Source of the DNA: Eledone cirrhosa
Lineage: Eukaryota
Assembly (NCBI GenBank): GCA_964016885.1
Contig: OZ024740.1
Coordinates: forward strand, 327,732,001-327,796,000
Direction of reading: 5' to 3'
Length of the DNA stretch: 64,000 bases
This document shows, piece by piece, positions 27,910 to 41,046 of the stretch. Both the position numbers and the translations under genes were made by a program. Numbering within the stretch: the first letter of the stretch is position 1; each line of letters begins with the position of its first letter. Under the pieces are notes generated by a model. It was not told where the DNA came from. It saw nothing but the letters and a program-made list of their open reading frames with translations, and ran no database searches.

Positions 27910-28476
27910 AATAAACCTTTCAAGGATTTACACAAGTCCAGCCTCCTGTTATTTTATTATAATATATATATAAATGGAGAATTAGAAATAGAAGCCAGGA
28001 ATATCCGTCATCAGTGTTCTACTAGCCATCATAGGTATTTCTTCGCATTACAGACCATATACCTCAAGCTAGGGCGATACAATAACTAAATTCAGTTATT
28101 GGGATAAAAAGAGTTGGACGGAGAAAGAGAGACAGGTAAACAAACACGAATGGTGAGGAAAATATGAGAAAATCAAGTCAATAATTCATTTTGAACGTAA
28201 GAACTTGCGAATATTGACGAGAAGGCAAAGACACCGTGCGGATGTGAGCGAGGAAAGAATCTCGTACGGTGTGGGACGATGGAGGAAGTGAAAGTGTGAG
28301 GAAGAGGCTAGCAGAGAGAGGGTGACTATCAGAAGGGGTGAGTGAAAGTAAGAGGGTGAATGAGAGAGAAGTGGAGGAGAGAAAGAGGATAGCAGTAAGG
28401 GAAGAGAAAAAGACAGGTCACAGCGAAGGGGAAAGCATATATGAATGAAAAATGGCGAGCTGTATTGTTGCAAATA

Positions 28477-28543
<67 letters not shown>

Positions 28544-28546
<3 letters not shown>

Positions 28547-28729
28547 TTTGTACGCTTATTACGCGAATTTGAATATGCAAATTAGCTTAAATAGTCACTT
28601 TGCGCGAATAACGCGCTATTACGCGTGTGGTTTTTAATTTTTTATTTATCAGAAGTAAACTTGAATTACGTGAATTTGCTTTAAGCGCCGCGTTGAGAAC
28701 GCACCTTCGCGTAAAAAGCGAACACACTG
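28544..28729. mobile_element. MITE of Tigger/pogo type (186 bp) inserted in (TA)n
   Basis: 24-bp TIRs CAGTTTGTACGCTTATTACGCGAA / CAGTGTGTTCGCTTTTTACGCGAA (3 mismatches), TA on both sides. Confidence 0.85.
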
Positions 28730-28759
28730 TATATATATATATAGGGCAGGTAAAATTCC

Positions 28760-29100
28760 CGAGATCCATGAACGAGTTCTCTCCAGCGGTCTCTGTCCCT
28801 TATTATCGCTGCCATGTCCTGCCTCTCGAACAGACCAGTGTCTGTCCTTAGGGCATCAACATATGTTAACCTCGGTCTTCCTCTTCCAGTGTGTCCATGC
28901 AGGGGCTCCCACATGAGCACTGAGTGCAGTGTCAACTCTGGATGTCGGTGAGCATGTCCGGCTAACCTCAGTCTCCTCTGTGTCACTTTTGAGCCGACTT
29001 TTGGGAGGCTCCCATACAGCCCTGAGTTTTTCATCCTTAGTGTATACTGATTAATGTTCAGAGCCATCCTCAGCATTCTCGTGTAGCACCCATCCACCAG
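28760..29100 (-). mobile_element. RTE-group LINE 3' fragment
   Basis: DGCYTRMLRMALN...QRRLRLAGHAHRH...WEP..G...RGRPRLTYVD. Confidence 0.8.
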
Positions 29101-29183
29101 TGAAGGAGGCAGAGGATTTGATGCAGGAGGTTGAGACTGTGTCGATGAGTGTGTGACTGAGAATGTATGAGATTAAGACAAAC

Positions 29184-29258
<75 letters not shown>

Positions 29259-29262
<4 letters not shown>

Positions 29263-29360
29263 GTTTCTACTTTAGGCACAAGGCCAGCAATTACCCAGTA
29301 TATTACTGGTACTTTATTTTATCGACCCGTAAGGATGAAAGGCAAAGTTAACCTCGGTGT
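29259..29360 (-). mobile_element. SINE family B 3' half
   Basis: Near-identical to 35789-35890; truncated next to a Helitron end. Confidence 0.8.
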
Positions 29361-29374
29361 TATTTTATATAGTA

Positions 29375-30216
29375 CTAGCAGAATGGCCCGGCGCTGCTCG
29401 GGATTCTAAACATAGATTGGCATGTTTATCCCTCCTTTCTGAAACAGTTTCGTCGTATGTTCACCAATTGATGCAGAAGTCCTCATAAAAAGTTAATTCG
29501 CCTTGGGTGAATAGGCAAATAATTTTCCATTAAGATTTTTCAATAGCATGTAATTGCGTTCCCTCTCTTTTTTGTTGTTTTTGCTGCTGTTGGTGTGATA
29601 GCGTCCGTTGGTCGTACTGCTAACACAGTCTCGTCCTTCTTCAGCCAATCGTGTATATCCCCTTCTGCCTCGTCAGCAATTCGCTCTAGGGTTCTTATAT
29701 ATTTGATATATATTTATCATTATCGAGCCTCGTGAAATAAATACGTTTGTTTATAGTTTGTTATTGTGTATGCAAAAATATATGTACACGAATATATAAT
29801 TATATATATATATTAAAATAACAGATTAAAGTTTAAGCGAAGAATCGCTGCTTTCACCCTTAACAGGATCTTCTGAAACTAAAAAATCAATCTGTGAACG
29901 CAGATGTAAATATTTCGAAAAACGTTGCATACTATATATATATATATATACACACTATATATATGTATATACACACACACACAGATAGTGTCATAATGTA
30001 GTAATGCAGACAGTCTGACATACAGATAGATATTATAAGGGCGCGACGTTATAGCTATCTAATGCGGTCCCTAGGGCATTGAAAATTTTAAATATCTTTT
30101 GCTCAGAACACTCACACGACCATAAGTATTACATGTGTAAAGTTTGAAAAAGATCGGTTGGGTGGTTCTCGAGTTTTAGGGAGTCAGACAGACATTCTCT
30201 GTTTTAGATATATAGA
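29375..30216 (-). mobile_element. Non-autonomous Helitron
   Basis: 5' A|TCTATATATC at 30216; 3' CCCGAGCAGCGCCGGG hairpin then CTAG|T at 29375. Confidence 0.85.
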
Positions 30217-31159
30217 TTAACTTCTGAAGAACTAGACCTGTTTCATTCGTATGAAATCATCTGGACTTTCCTGAAGATTTCATACAAATGAAACAAGTCT
30301 ATTCATGTAGAAGTCATTTCTGTTTTGTAATAACGATACCTGCACTCTACCAACTTATTAAGTGCCGTTTTTAACTGTGGTTACCTCCTGATACCCACCG
30401 AGAATCCACCTATTATATGTATATATATCAATTGGAATTAAGCCTTCATTTGCATACTATAATGAACATAGTCTCAAAGAAAAATCCTCACTCGTATTGT
30501 ATTAATTGTTTGGTCACTATTTTAATGTGTATTATGTTTTGAATATGGAAGAACTACTTCAAATATACCGAGAATGTTATCCTGTTTTCCCATTTCACAT
30601 TTACTTTTAATTCAAATTTTGTTTTTGTTTTCCACGCTTATCCTCCACTTCAAATACGTTCAAATTTGATGTATATTTTTTGTTATGTAAATATAGTTTG
30701 TTATAGAAAGCAAATGGTTACATTTCCGTCCATCTGATTTTCAATCATCATTCATGTATTACTTTAATATTTTTTTTAAAACATTAAGAAAGAATGGAGA
30801 TAGAAATGTTTAACATCCTAGAGAGTAGTTCAGATTTGACAAGATCAGACAAGTAAAGGAAACTAACACTGCCATATGTTTTTGTTTTTTTTAGATACTA
30901 GACGCTGTTGGAATAGATATAAAACGGGAGATTTGTCATATGTCAAGCAGCATGAGATTTCATATGAAGCGAAGAATAAAAAAGGCAAAATATTGTTCTG
31001 TATAAACTCAAAAATAAGCAGAAATTCAAAAAGCGGAGAGTTACGCCAAAACAAGTCTTGCGGAAATTATATATAAATTACATATATATTACCGTTGTAT
31101 TATATATAAAGAAAATTTAGGCATCTTCACAATTTTTATATGCCGTAGTAGACCGATTC

Positions 31160-31450
31160 TTAAAGTTGGACCCCTTACTGCCGAGCTCCTTCGCAAGATC
31201 AGAACGTCAGTAGCCCATCTGAGAAAGGAACCCTGTGAGGTGGGTTGGCTGTTGCGGCGGGTGTCGCTGGCCATTGTCCGCGGAAATGCTTTTGTGATCC
31301 TGTCCGGAAGGCGCAGCTCCAAAACCACCACGCACTAGGCCTAGAGCCCATCCTCTCTTCCCTCTCTTCTTTTTCTGTGACTCTAGAGTCCTTGCCTTTC
31401 CCTTCCTTTTCCGTTTTTAAATATTTGTAGTGTCTTTATTTGAAATAAAT
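31160..31450 (+). mobile_element. CRE-like element 3' end
   Basis: Plus frame GPLTAELLRKI...EPCEVGWLLRRVSLAIVRGNAFVILS, then pyrimidine-rich UTR and AATAAA. Confidence 0.7.
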
Positions 31451-32929
31451 TTGTTTATGATTTTGTTTTAGTTTTATCAATAGAACTTTTACCATTACCC
31501 AATCAATCTACAAATCAGTATTGCAACTGCTGTGTAACTAACCAAATAGTTACATTGTGAGTACTAAACTTAAATCTACCCATTATTAGAATACGGATAT
31601 GTACAAGTGTTTCTATCAATGGTGCTTAACGTCTGTATTATACATAGACCATGTACGATGAAGTTATATATTAGCAAAATTAGGTGTCATAGTTGTCGTT
31701 TATCCCAGATTATTTCAATTGAGCGCACCTATGATCAAAGGTGTTCCAAACAAAACAAAGTCACATTCATCCTCTCAGTGTAACTAAGATTATACTATCC
31801 AAATATGTTCTTTCCTTTTTAATTTGGTTGGGTGCAATTTCAGTGAGACTTAGCAGCTCTTTCTAGCAGATCGAACGACCACATAGAGACCCCTTAGAAT
31901 GCTTTTCACGGGAAAGCGACGTGTACAAAATTCAATGATGAAAGTTCATCTTCAAATCGGTTTCAGTCAACTGCCCCACCCAAATACCTCATACTCCTAC
32001 CCCTCCTACTAAATCAATCTTACAAATATTTCCTGTTCACGCTACGTGTAAATAGAATCAACAAGAAATGAATAAATAAATATTTATTTCAATCGTGATT
32101 GCAGCTACTTCTAAAAACAGAAAATGCACCGAATCAGTTTATCTAATTGTGTGGTATTTAATTGGAAATCCACTTAAAATTTAAACCATTACTTTTTGAG
32201 ATTATTAATACAAAAAACACCGAATGCAAATTAATGCACAGAATAACAAATAATAGCCTCGGAAGAAAAAGGAAATTATTTTGGCACACGAACCAATATA
32301 TGAACAGCACGAAACTTTTGTTAATGGTGTGTCTAGCCTATAGATGTTGCTTTACAGTGAAGCATTTTACATAAAAGAAATTATTTGTAGCAGTTTAGCA
32401 GGTTATAAGAGAAATACAGTTATACATGAACATATAATCGTTTACTCTTCTTTGCTCTGTTTTTTTTTTTTGTAATTAGATTAGCATTTTTCTAATATTC
32501 GCCGTTTCGTTAAGGAATACTCGAAGCAGTCGGTATAGTCTAATATCATTATACATTCGATATTAGATTCTTTTTATTCGGAAAACGGAATTGAATATTT
32601 TTACATTCATATCTTTCCCAGGGGCATTAGCAGCGCAAATTATGTCGAATCTTTTCAATAAAAGAGATATCCAAAGTTTGAGCGCAGAATTGACGTGGCG
32701 AGAGCTTACATGCCAACGTTTTGAAATTGAATATTATCATATTAAGAGACAAACTACTGACAACTATTTGACTAGCTGCTCTTCTGACTCTGTTTGCTCT
32801 TCTCGGTACTTTCTAAATAAGAAATCAATATTACAAATAATCTTCATAACTATCTGAAAATTACAACTTTCTCTTCTCCCTGTGCAAAATGTGCCTTTTG
32901 TGTATATAAATAAAAATAATAGTTTCTGA

Positions 32930-33345
32930 TTTTTTTATTGGTCAATAGGGCCGAAAAATGAGGGAGAATAGAAATGTGCAAGGACCGTGGGGATTTTTAT
33001 ATAATTAATCGTGTAAGGAAATAAAACAGGCACCAAAATAGCAATAAATTGAAACAATAGGATTCCCCAATAGGGGAGAGCACATGCACAGGTAGTTTAG
33101 AAACCCCACAGATCTAAAACCACCCTAATCGTCAAGAGCACCCTAGGAAAGTAACCTCTCCTTCCTCTCTGAACTCTCAAGCCTACAGATGCATGCTCAG
33201 AGTAGGCCCATCCACTCGGAGCACCCTCGCTACATTCACCCACCTTTTAACAAATCTGTTAGGGAGGGCGCAATTCCCTCCCCACCTTCACGTTCTTTTC
33301 CAAGTGGAACTTTTAAAAAGTCGATGAGGGCTTGGCCGAAAATTT
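32930..33345 (-). mobile_element. L1/Tx1-type LINE 3' fragment
   Basis: 33180-33340 homologous to 36170-36330 (CGCTACATTCACCCACCTTT shared); ends in AATAAAAAAA on minus strand. Confidence 0.75.
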
Positions 33346-33708
33346 TTCAAATGCCAATACTTCCGGTTATGATATAACGAACGCTATATCATATCGCTTA
33401 TATAACCGTTTATATATTTGCATCGTTATATCATAACTTTTATATTTCTGTCGCTAATTTTCTCCTTTACGTTTTCATTACATTTCACCGTAATCCAGTT
33501 TATATATAATACCGTCTTTTTTAAATGTATCATGGATTACTTTACTGATTACAGAAGAGAGTGTAACACAGTCTCTCTTCAATTTCTGTGTATATTGTCA
33601 ATTACGATTTTATTTGATTATTATATCTACATGCATGTATATTTGCGTATAATATCAATAATAACACTACTTATGCTAGCAGAAAACCACCCGTGGTGGT
33701 TTTTATGC

Positions 33709-33780
<72 letters not shown>

Positions 33781-33781
<1 letters not shown>

Positions 33782-35325
33782 GAGTTCAGACATTAATCTT
33801 GATCGGGGGAACGTGATAAGAGAGCTTGATCAAGAACAAACTTACAAATATCTAGGTGTTTGTGAAGGAGACGGAATCAAGCACTCGACAATGAGGGAAA
33901 GGATAAGGAAGGAATGTTACCGCAGAGTCAGAGCAATCTTAAGAACGGAATTGAATGCAAGGAATAGGATCGATGCCATAAACACGCTTGCCATACCAGT
34001 AGTAACCTACAGTTACAATGTCATCAACTGGTCAAGCACAGAGATCCGTAGGCTCGATACAAAAATCCGAAAATTCTTAACCATGCACAGAATGCATCAC
34101 CCTAAGGCAGACATAGATAGAATATATCTCCCTAGGAAAGAAGGAGGACGTGGGTTAATCCAGTTAGACATTGCGTTGAAAACTGCAACAATTGGATTAT
34201 CCACATATCTAAGGGAATCACATGATTGGATGATCAAACTCGTTTTGAAACACGAAAGCACCAAAAGATCATATTCCATTACAAAAGATGCACAAAGATA
34301 CAGTAATGGACTACAAATTTCAGAAGTCCCATTTACTGCTGAAATGGAAAACACAGAAAAAGCAAAGCAGGTAAAAGTAACTGCAAAGAAAGAACTGCTA
34401 CAGAAACTGGCTAAGAAATGGCAAGAAAAGCCTCTGTATGGAAAATACCCAGAGCGAGCTAACAATCCTGATGTTGACAAAACTTTAACCCATCAGTGGT
34501 TGGCATCCTCTGGACTGAAATCGGAGACTGAAGGACTGATTATATCGGCACAAGATCAGTGTCTGCCAACAAAAAATTACCAAGCCAACATAATAAAAAA
34601 TGGGTGCAGCCCATTATGCCGTGTATGCAAAAAACAACCAGAGACCATTGACCATATAATTTTAATGTGCAGTCCTATAGCTCCAACCGAATACCTAAAC
34701 AGGCATGACAGAGCTGCACAATACATACATTGGATAATGTGTAAGCATTTTGACCTGCCCCATCAAAAGAATTGGTGGGAGCATCAACCACCTCCCATAC
34801 TTGAAAAAGATCACATCTCAATCTTGTGGAACTTTAGCATCCAAACAGACCGAAAAATAGATGCAAATAGACCTGATATAATATTGAAGGACTTTCAAAG
34901 GAGGGTATGCCTGCTAATTGATATGTCTGTTCCAATAGACAAGAATGTATCTATAAAAACATTTGAAAAATTGAGCAAGTATAAGGACCTGGAGATAGAA
35001 ATTGGAAAAATGTGGAAATTGAGAACTAAAACAATACCAGTGGTTGTAGGCGCTCTGGGAATGATACCTAAGGGATCTAACGACTACTTATCGCAAATCC
35101 CAGGAAACCCGCGTATAGGAGAAATACAAAAGATAGTACTAATGGGAACTGCCCATATACTAAGGAAGATCCTGTCAATATAAGTACATCACAAGTCTAA
35201 ACACTAAGGATGCATGTGTGAATATGTGTGTTCTTTCTTGAACATGGCGGACCTTGTTGTCTCTTGAGGTCACTGGTTGTGACTTGGTGATAATTCGTAT
35301 AAACATAAAGCAAGATAAATGCAAA
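33781..35325 (+). mobile_element. 5'-truncated R4/Dong-type non-LTR retrotransposon in (TAA)n
   Basis: Open frame to 35183: YKYLGV (RT end), CRVC...ETIDHII..C zinc knuckle, RHD, NRPDII...LID...K.KY.DL restriction-like endonuclease, GTAHILRK; (TAA)n on both sides. Confidence 0.9.
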
Positions 35326-35343
35326 TAATAATAATAATAATAA

Positions 35344-35762
35344 GACGGACAAGAAACTGGAACACAATAGACCTGACCTGGTGGTTGTGGACAAAGAAAA
35401 AAGATCGTGCCTGATTGTGGATGTGGCCTGCTCATTCGACACGAGAGTGCAAGAGAAGGAGAGGGAGAAAATTAACCGATACCAGGACTTAAAGTGGGAG
35501 GTAAAAAGGATTTGGAACCGCCATGAAGTCAAAGTGATCCCGATTGTCATAGGCGCACTAGGGACTATCTCAAAAAGTTTCCAGGGATGGTTAAAGAAAA
35601 TTGGCCCCTACACGCTTTTTGGAACGCTTCAAAAGGCATGCTTGCTGGGAACAGCAAGAACCCTCCGATACGTCCTGAATATCTGAGGCTGCAGGTAGTG
35701 GCTTGATATTCATTTCAACAAACTTTCCAGTTAACTAACATCAATGACTGAGACTCAAAGAG
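35344..35762 (+). mobile_element. Second R4/Dong-type family, 3' fragment in (TAA)n
   Basis: RPDLVVVDKEKRSCLIVDVAC...KINRYQDL...PIVIGALG...LLGTARTLR; (TAA)n flanks. Confidence 0.85.
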
Positions 35763-35788
35763 TAATAATAATAATAATAATAATAATA

Positions 35789-35964
35789 ATTGTTTCTACT
35801 TTAGGCACAAGGCCAGCAATTACCCAGTGCATTACTGGTACTTTATTTTATCGACCCCGTAAGGATGAAAGGCAAAGTCAACCTCGGCGGGATTTGAACT
35901 CAGACGTAAAGGGACGTAACTATGCTGGAAAGCATGGCGTCCGACCCTCTACCGATACTGCCAA
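35789..35964 (-). mobile_element. SINE family B, head interrupted by the Tx1 element
   Basis: Near-identical to reverse complement of 60912-61090. Confidence 0.85.
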
Positions 35965-36171
35965 ACGATTTCTTTATTGGCCACAAGGGCTGACATCAAG
36001 AAAAACATCACAGACGGAACAGGATGGTACGATGTGGGTTTTGTCCGTGTAAATATTTTTATTATTTATATAAGAAAAGAAAAAAGACATAAAACATATA
36101 TATATATAAACAATAAAATGAAAATTGAAACAATGAAAAATTCCCCTCTCTCAATGTTTCCATCTCTCAAA

Positions 36172-39100
36172 CTACAGACGTATATTCAGAGTGGTCCCGT
36201 TCACTCGGACCATTCTCGCTACATTCACCCACCTTTCAACAAACTTGCTAGAAAGCAGCACTTGCCTCTCCACCCTGATTTTCCTCTTCAAGTGAAACTT
36301 GAAAAAGTTAATTAGGGATTCGCCGAAGAGGAAAGTGTTTGTCTTTAATCCTTTTAACCTTGTCCACCACACAATCTCTTTCGCCATGGCCACCAGGCAG
36401 ATGAAAACCGCCTGCCCTTCCTCCTCAAAGGAAGACGGCGAGACCATCTGCACAATGGACTCAGTCGACAACCGGATCAGTCCCACACGTGACAGCAACT
36501 GTTCGACATAGCTCCACAAGTCAGCAATGCTCGGGCACTGAACGAGTGCGTGCACAACGGTTTCGTCGCTATGCGCGCATCTCGGACAGGCTCGGCTGAC
36601 GGCACTTCCGTGCCTGTAGAGCTTATCTCGAACCGGCAGCGCTCCCTGGTAGCACTGCCAGGCCAGGGATTTTTGGAAGTTATCCATAGGCCCCGGGCTG
36701 AAAGTTCTCCGGAAGAGAGCAAACAGCTGATCTTCTTCGACGCCCAGGATCTCTCCGAGAACGTCGTCGCTCTTCCCCTCCACTAGTCCTCTATAGAACG
36801 CCGAGGTGGATGTTCCACCGATACTGGTGCCCAACTGGGAGAGGGCAGTGAGCGCCTGGAGACATTCCAGTTTCCAAGCGCTATCCCTCGGTCTTTTTCT
36901 GACCCAGGACTGCAGCTCCGTCAAGGAGACGAGCTGTGGGAAAATGTGCCTGGTGAACGGCGACCACACCCGTTCACCATCAAGGAAGCACCAGAGATCT
37001 GGCAGCCTCAGCGCATGTTTGCGCATCGTCAGCCATGGCATGCCCAGTCCTCCACGCAACGGTTGTTGACAGCAGATGGATCGTCTGACCATGGGAGCGC
37101 GTCCCTTCCACAAAAAGCGGAAGAGGAGGCGCTCTATTTTGGTGAGAGTTGGGCTGGAGCAAGGGACGACGGTGAGGCGGTAGCAGATGACGAATGCGAT
37201 GTACGCATTCGCCACTTCCCCCCGGCCTTTCAGGGACAGCTTCCTCTCAGCCCATTTCTGGGTGAGGGAGGCCACCCTGCTCGTCACCTCGTTCCAGTTT
37301 TTCTCCATCTGGAGGTCCGGTCCGAACCAGACCCCGAGCAATTTAACCGGTCCGTCCGTCCAACGCCCCACGACCGCCGCCTGGTACCGATGGTCGACCC
37401 TATCGAATTCTTTGGATTGATCCAAGTTGATCAGGGCCCTACCCTTGCCAGGTTCCTTAACCACCCTCTCTATGATGTATCGCATGAGGTGGAGATTGTC
37501 GTGTATGGATCTGTCCGGAATGGCGCATGTCTGCGCCTCTCCCACCAGCCCCTTGACGACAAGCGCCAACCTCGTTGCTAACACCTTGGCCAAACTCTTG
37601 AACTCTGCGTTTAGCAGGGTTATGGGCCTGAAATTATCAATAACATCCTCCTTGTTCGGGTCTTTTCTCAGCAGCGCCACTGCTCCCCGGCTCACAAAAC
37701 TGGGAATGCTCCCGTTCTGCTGCCAGTTGCAGTAGACGTCTGCCAAGAGGTCACCGAACAAGTCTGGCATAAATGCATAAAGCTCGTAGGGCAGACCATC
37801 TAAACCTGGCGATTTACCTCTTGTGCAGTTAGCCATCGCTTCCCGTATTTCACCGGCTGTTATTGGCTTTTCGCAACACTGTACTGCGGTTGTCGAGAGC
37901 CTAGGCAGTCCATCGAGCTATGCACTGAAGTCTATGCCCCGATCCGGGCCGCCGCCGCTCCCGAACAGTTCAGCAAAGTGCTGCTGAAAAGCTTCACACA
38001 TCCGCTCGGGTTCGAGCATCACGCACCCGTTTTGGTCAGACAAAGACTGAATTGTGGCTTTATTGCCACGTCGCGCCTCTGCCACCCGGGCCCATTGGAC
38101 GGCTTTTGTCCCCTCGTGTTTCAGAGCACGCGCTCTAGCTCTGACAACGCAGCCTTTGTGTTTTGCGTTGAAGAATGGGTCTAGTGCCAATCTCGCCGCA
38201 AGCACGTCGGTTGCGATGCCTGTCCTAAACGCCTCTTCTAGCTTTCTGACTAGCTCTCCCTCTACTCTATTTTCCTCTATCACTATTCTTTTACTAAACC
38301 TAATGGACCTACTTTAATTGCCCTTTTCAGGGCGAACCACCACCTGTTGTTGACGACCGCTCCCGTCAACGCCCGCTTAACTAATACGCTAATCCGGTCT
38401 CTGTAGGCCTTGCGCGCCGGGAAAGACGCGTTCAGCTTCCAGTAACCAGGCCCTTGTCTATGAAGTCTGTCTATGTCGATCTCACAGATCACAAATTTGT
38501 GGTCTGTGTAGTCGACTATTTTAAATTGTGGACAACTTATACTAGCCTTATCTAGTTCCCTGCAGAATACCCTACCTAGATACGATCTGGATGACCCGAT
38601 ACGGTTTGTCCATGTCCACATTGGCACATTCGGGTGATCCAGTCGATACCTGTCAGACAGTTCAAAACGTCTGAGCAGGTTGGTGAGGCTCTTGCACCCT
38701 CCTCCCCTATCCACTAGCCCCACACGATCCCAGCGTGCATCCAAGATACCGTTCCAGTCGCCCACTAACACTAAAGAGCGGGACGTTCCAAGAAAGGTCT
38801 CTAGACGTCTGAAGAAATCTGGCCGTCCTGCCCCTGTTGGGGCGTAGACGGCTACTAGCCTGAAAGTATTGCTTTCGCTGCTGGTCACGTCCAGCACCAA
38901 CGACTTACCTTCTGGTTCCAGGAAGATGGCCCGTATCGCGAGATCCAAGCCTCTCCGAAAAAGGACGGCAACCCCTCCCCCCGATCCTGGACGGCTGGGA
39001 GATGCGTATACATCGTAGCCGCCGAAGATCGGTGCGAAGGCCCGTGCCTCGGAGATTCTTGTTTCACTGATGGCCACCACATCTATGTTTAGGGACCTGA

Positions 39101-39179
39101 GGTCATTGAGCAGGTGACCCTGCTTTCAAGATGACCCCAGGCCACGTGCATTTATACTGCCTATTCTGAGTACAGCCAT
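36172..39179 (-). pseudogene. Tx1 ORF2 (APE endonuclease + reverse transcriptase), disrupted
   Basis: SINARGL, AISET, VYAP, GDWN, TDH, GYWKLN; KSPGLDGLP, NFRPITLLN, LDQSKEFDRVDH joined directly to VKLLGVWFG (catalytic YxDD region deleted); C-terminal CPRC...H...C. Confidence 0.9.
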
Positions 39180-39211
39180 GTTGGATGAGACACGGGACAA
39201 ATGAGAAAGGG

Positions 39212-41046
39212 TCACTTACCTTGTTCGCGTGGTAAAGGGACAGTAGAACCGTCCCTTTCGCTGGTCATGGGTGTTTCCAAGAGGATGTCAGTGTATATCC
39301 TCTTGGTAACCGTCTCTCTGAAGTCTCCAACTGCGTTGGGGAATTTTTGTTTTAAAGGTTTGTATTGTTCTATTGAGATTTCGATGATGCTTATGTTTGT
39401 CGGGGGAGTTCTTGGTGTTTGTGGGGTGTAGTAGTTTTTTTCCGTGATGTCTGTGTGCTGCTTTATATATTTTATGAGTTCTTTTTTTGCTATATTTATG
39501 GTTGTGTACTTTTTGGGGGGAAGGGTGATTTTGTTGCCGTTTTCTTCTTGCTGCTGTTTGGTGTTTGTGTCTTGTGTTTGCGTTGTTGGTGTTTGTGGTG
39601 GTGTTGCTGCCTTTACCCCTCTTTGTCTGCCTTCGCTTTTGGAGGGTGAATCTAAGGGTTTTTTGTTTTTTGTTTTTTGTGGCAGACTGTTTGCCACGTC
39701 ACTCCCGCCTCAAACTCCATGTCGGATTCTGTGGCGTCTGGGGGAGGGGGGGTATGTGCTCCACAGCTGTTGGTGGTGGTAGTGGAGCCCTCTTCGGCAA
39801 TTTTGTTGCTGGTGTAGCTATTTCAAATGTAGCTAATTGTGTTGCCGCTACTGATGATGCTGCTTTAGTTATCCGTGGCCTTGGTACGGGTGCTACGGAC
39901 GTTGCCCTCCTACTCACCGTGGAAGGGGCTTCTTCGTTTGTTGCCTGTCCTGCTCTTGGTAGCAGCGGACCAGGTATTGGAAGAAGAGGGGCCCTCTTCG
40001 GTGTCTTCTGCGGGCAAAAGGCCCTGAGGTGACCTTTCGACCCACAGAGATAACATTTTGGCCGTCTTCCTTCTACACTTATAGGGAGTTGGAGTCCTTC
40101 CTCAAAGTCTATGATATCGGGGATAGCCTCGATACATTCCTGGTCAGTTTGTATAAGCATTTGCATGCCTATACCTGACCAGTTCTCTCTCCCTATTTTT
40201 TCTACTTGCAGCATGGTCGCCCTGTTGTCAATTCCAGCAAGGACAGACGCAGCCAGCCAAGGTATAGGCACGTCGGGTGGGACCTGGGTCACTTTGACCC
40301 TCACAATTTTCTGCCCGCAGTAGGAGGGCACCAAGACTAACTCCTCACTCTTTAGGGTTTCCAAAGAGTGAGACTTTGCTTCCTGGTGGGTGGCGAAAAG
40401 TACGTCTACTGTGGCCTACTTTCTGCCTCGGGTGATGTGGGTTTTGCGTGCCCAGACGCACCCCAAGGCCTTTTGGATTTGAGCCTCCGTGGCTCTTTCC
40501 ACTCGATGTGAGATTTTGCTTACGGTGCGGTAAGTCACCGTCCGTAGCTGCTGGTCCTTGAAAAATCGGGTGGAGTTTCAGGGAAACTCTATTTGCGCTT
40601 CTTGTCACCATGGCCCTTGCGACTGCCATCTCCTCCTCTGTGACTATCACTGTCTCGATATTTCGGACGACACCTGCAAAAGAAGTGGTCCCTTTTTCAG
40701 CAGCACCACTATTGCTGCCGCTACTGGTCTTACTGGTGTTGTTATTGTCATTGTTATTGTCGTTCTCGACCTTACCGCTGTTATTTTTGTTATTGTCGTT
40801 CTCGACCTTACTGCTGTTATTTTTGTTATCGTCGTTCTCGACTTTACCGCTGTTATTTTTGGTGTTGTTGTTGGTGATGTTGTTGGTGTTATTGTTGGTG
40901 TTGTTTGTGTTAGAAATATTTGGTAATTTTAAATCTGTAACAATCTTTTTTTCGTTTGTAATATTTTCGTTTATATGTTGACATGCTGATGAAGTCTCCC
41001 TCTCTCTGTGTTGTCTGACAGCGCTCTCTCCCTTTGTGTTATCCAT
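39212..41046 (-). pseudogene. Tx1 ORF1 (gag-like, zinc knuckle), frameshifted
   Basis: VEGRRPKCYLCGSKGHLRAFCP; Asn-rich N-terminus with three KVENDxN repeats; split across three ORFs. Confidence 0.8.

Larger units (their letters stand above)
26005..27965. mobile_element. Head-to-head pair of hammerhead-bearing, Penelope-type non-coding terminal repeats
   Basis: 26005-26290 is a diverged reverse complement of about 27680-27965; each has an HHR motif followed by AATAAA; (TA)n outside; no credible ORF. Confidence 0.7.

Noticed and set aside
28000-28060. Minus-strand CTGATGA as HHR
   Set aside because: Stem II not followed by GAAA
36946-37581. 211-aa plus-strand ORF
   Set aside because: Antisense shadow of the GC-rich Tx1 ORF2
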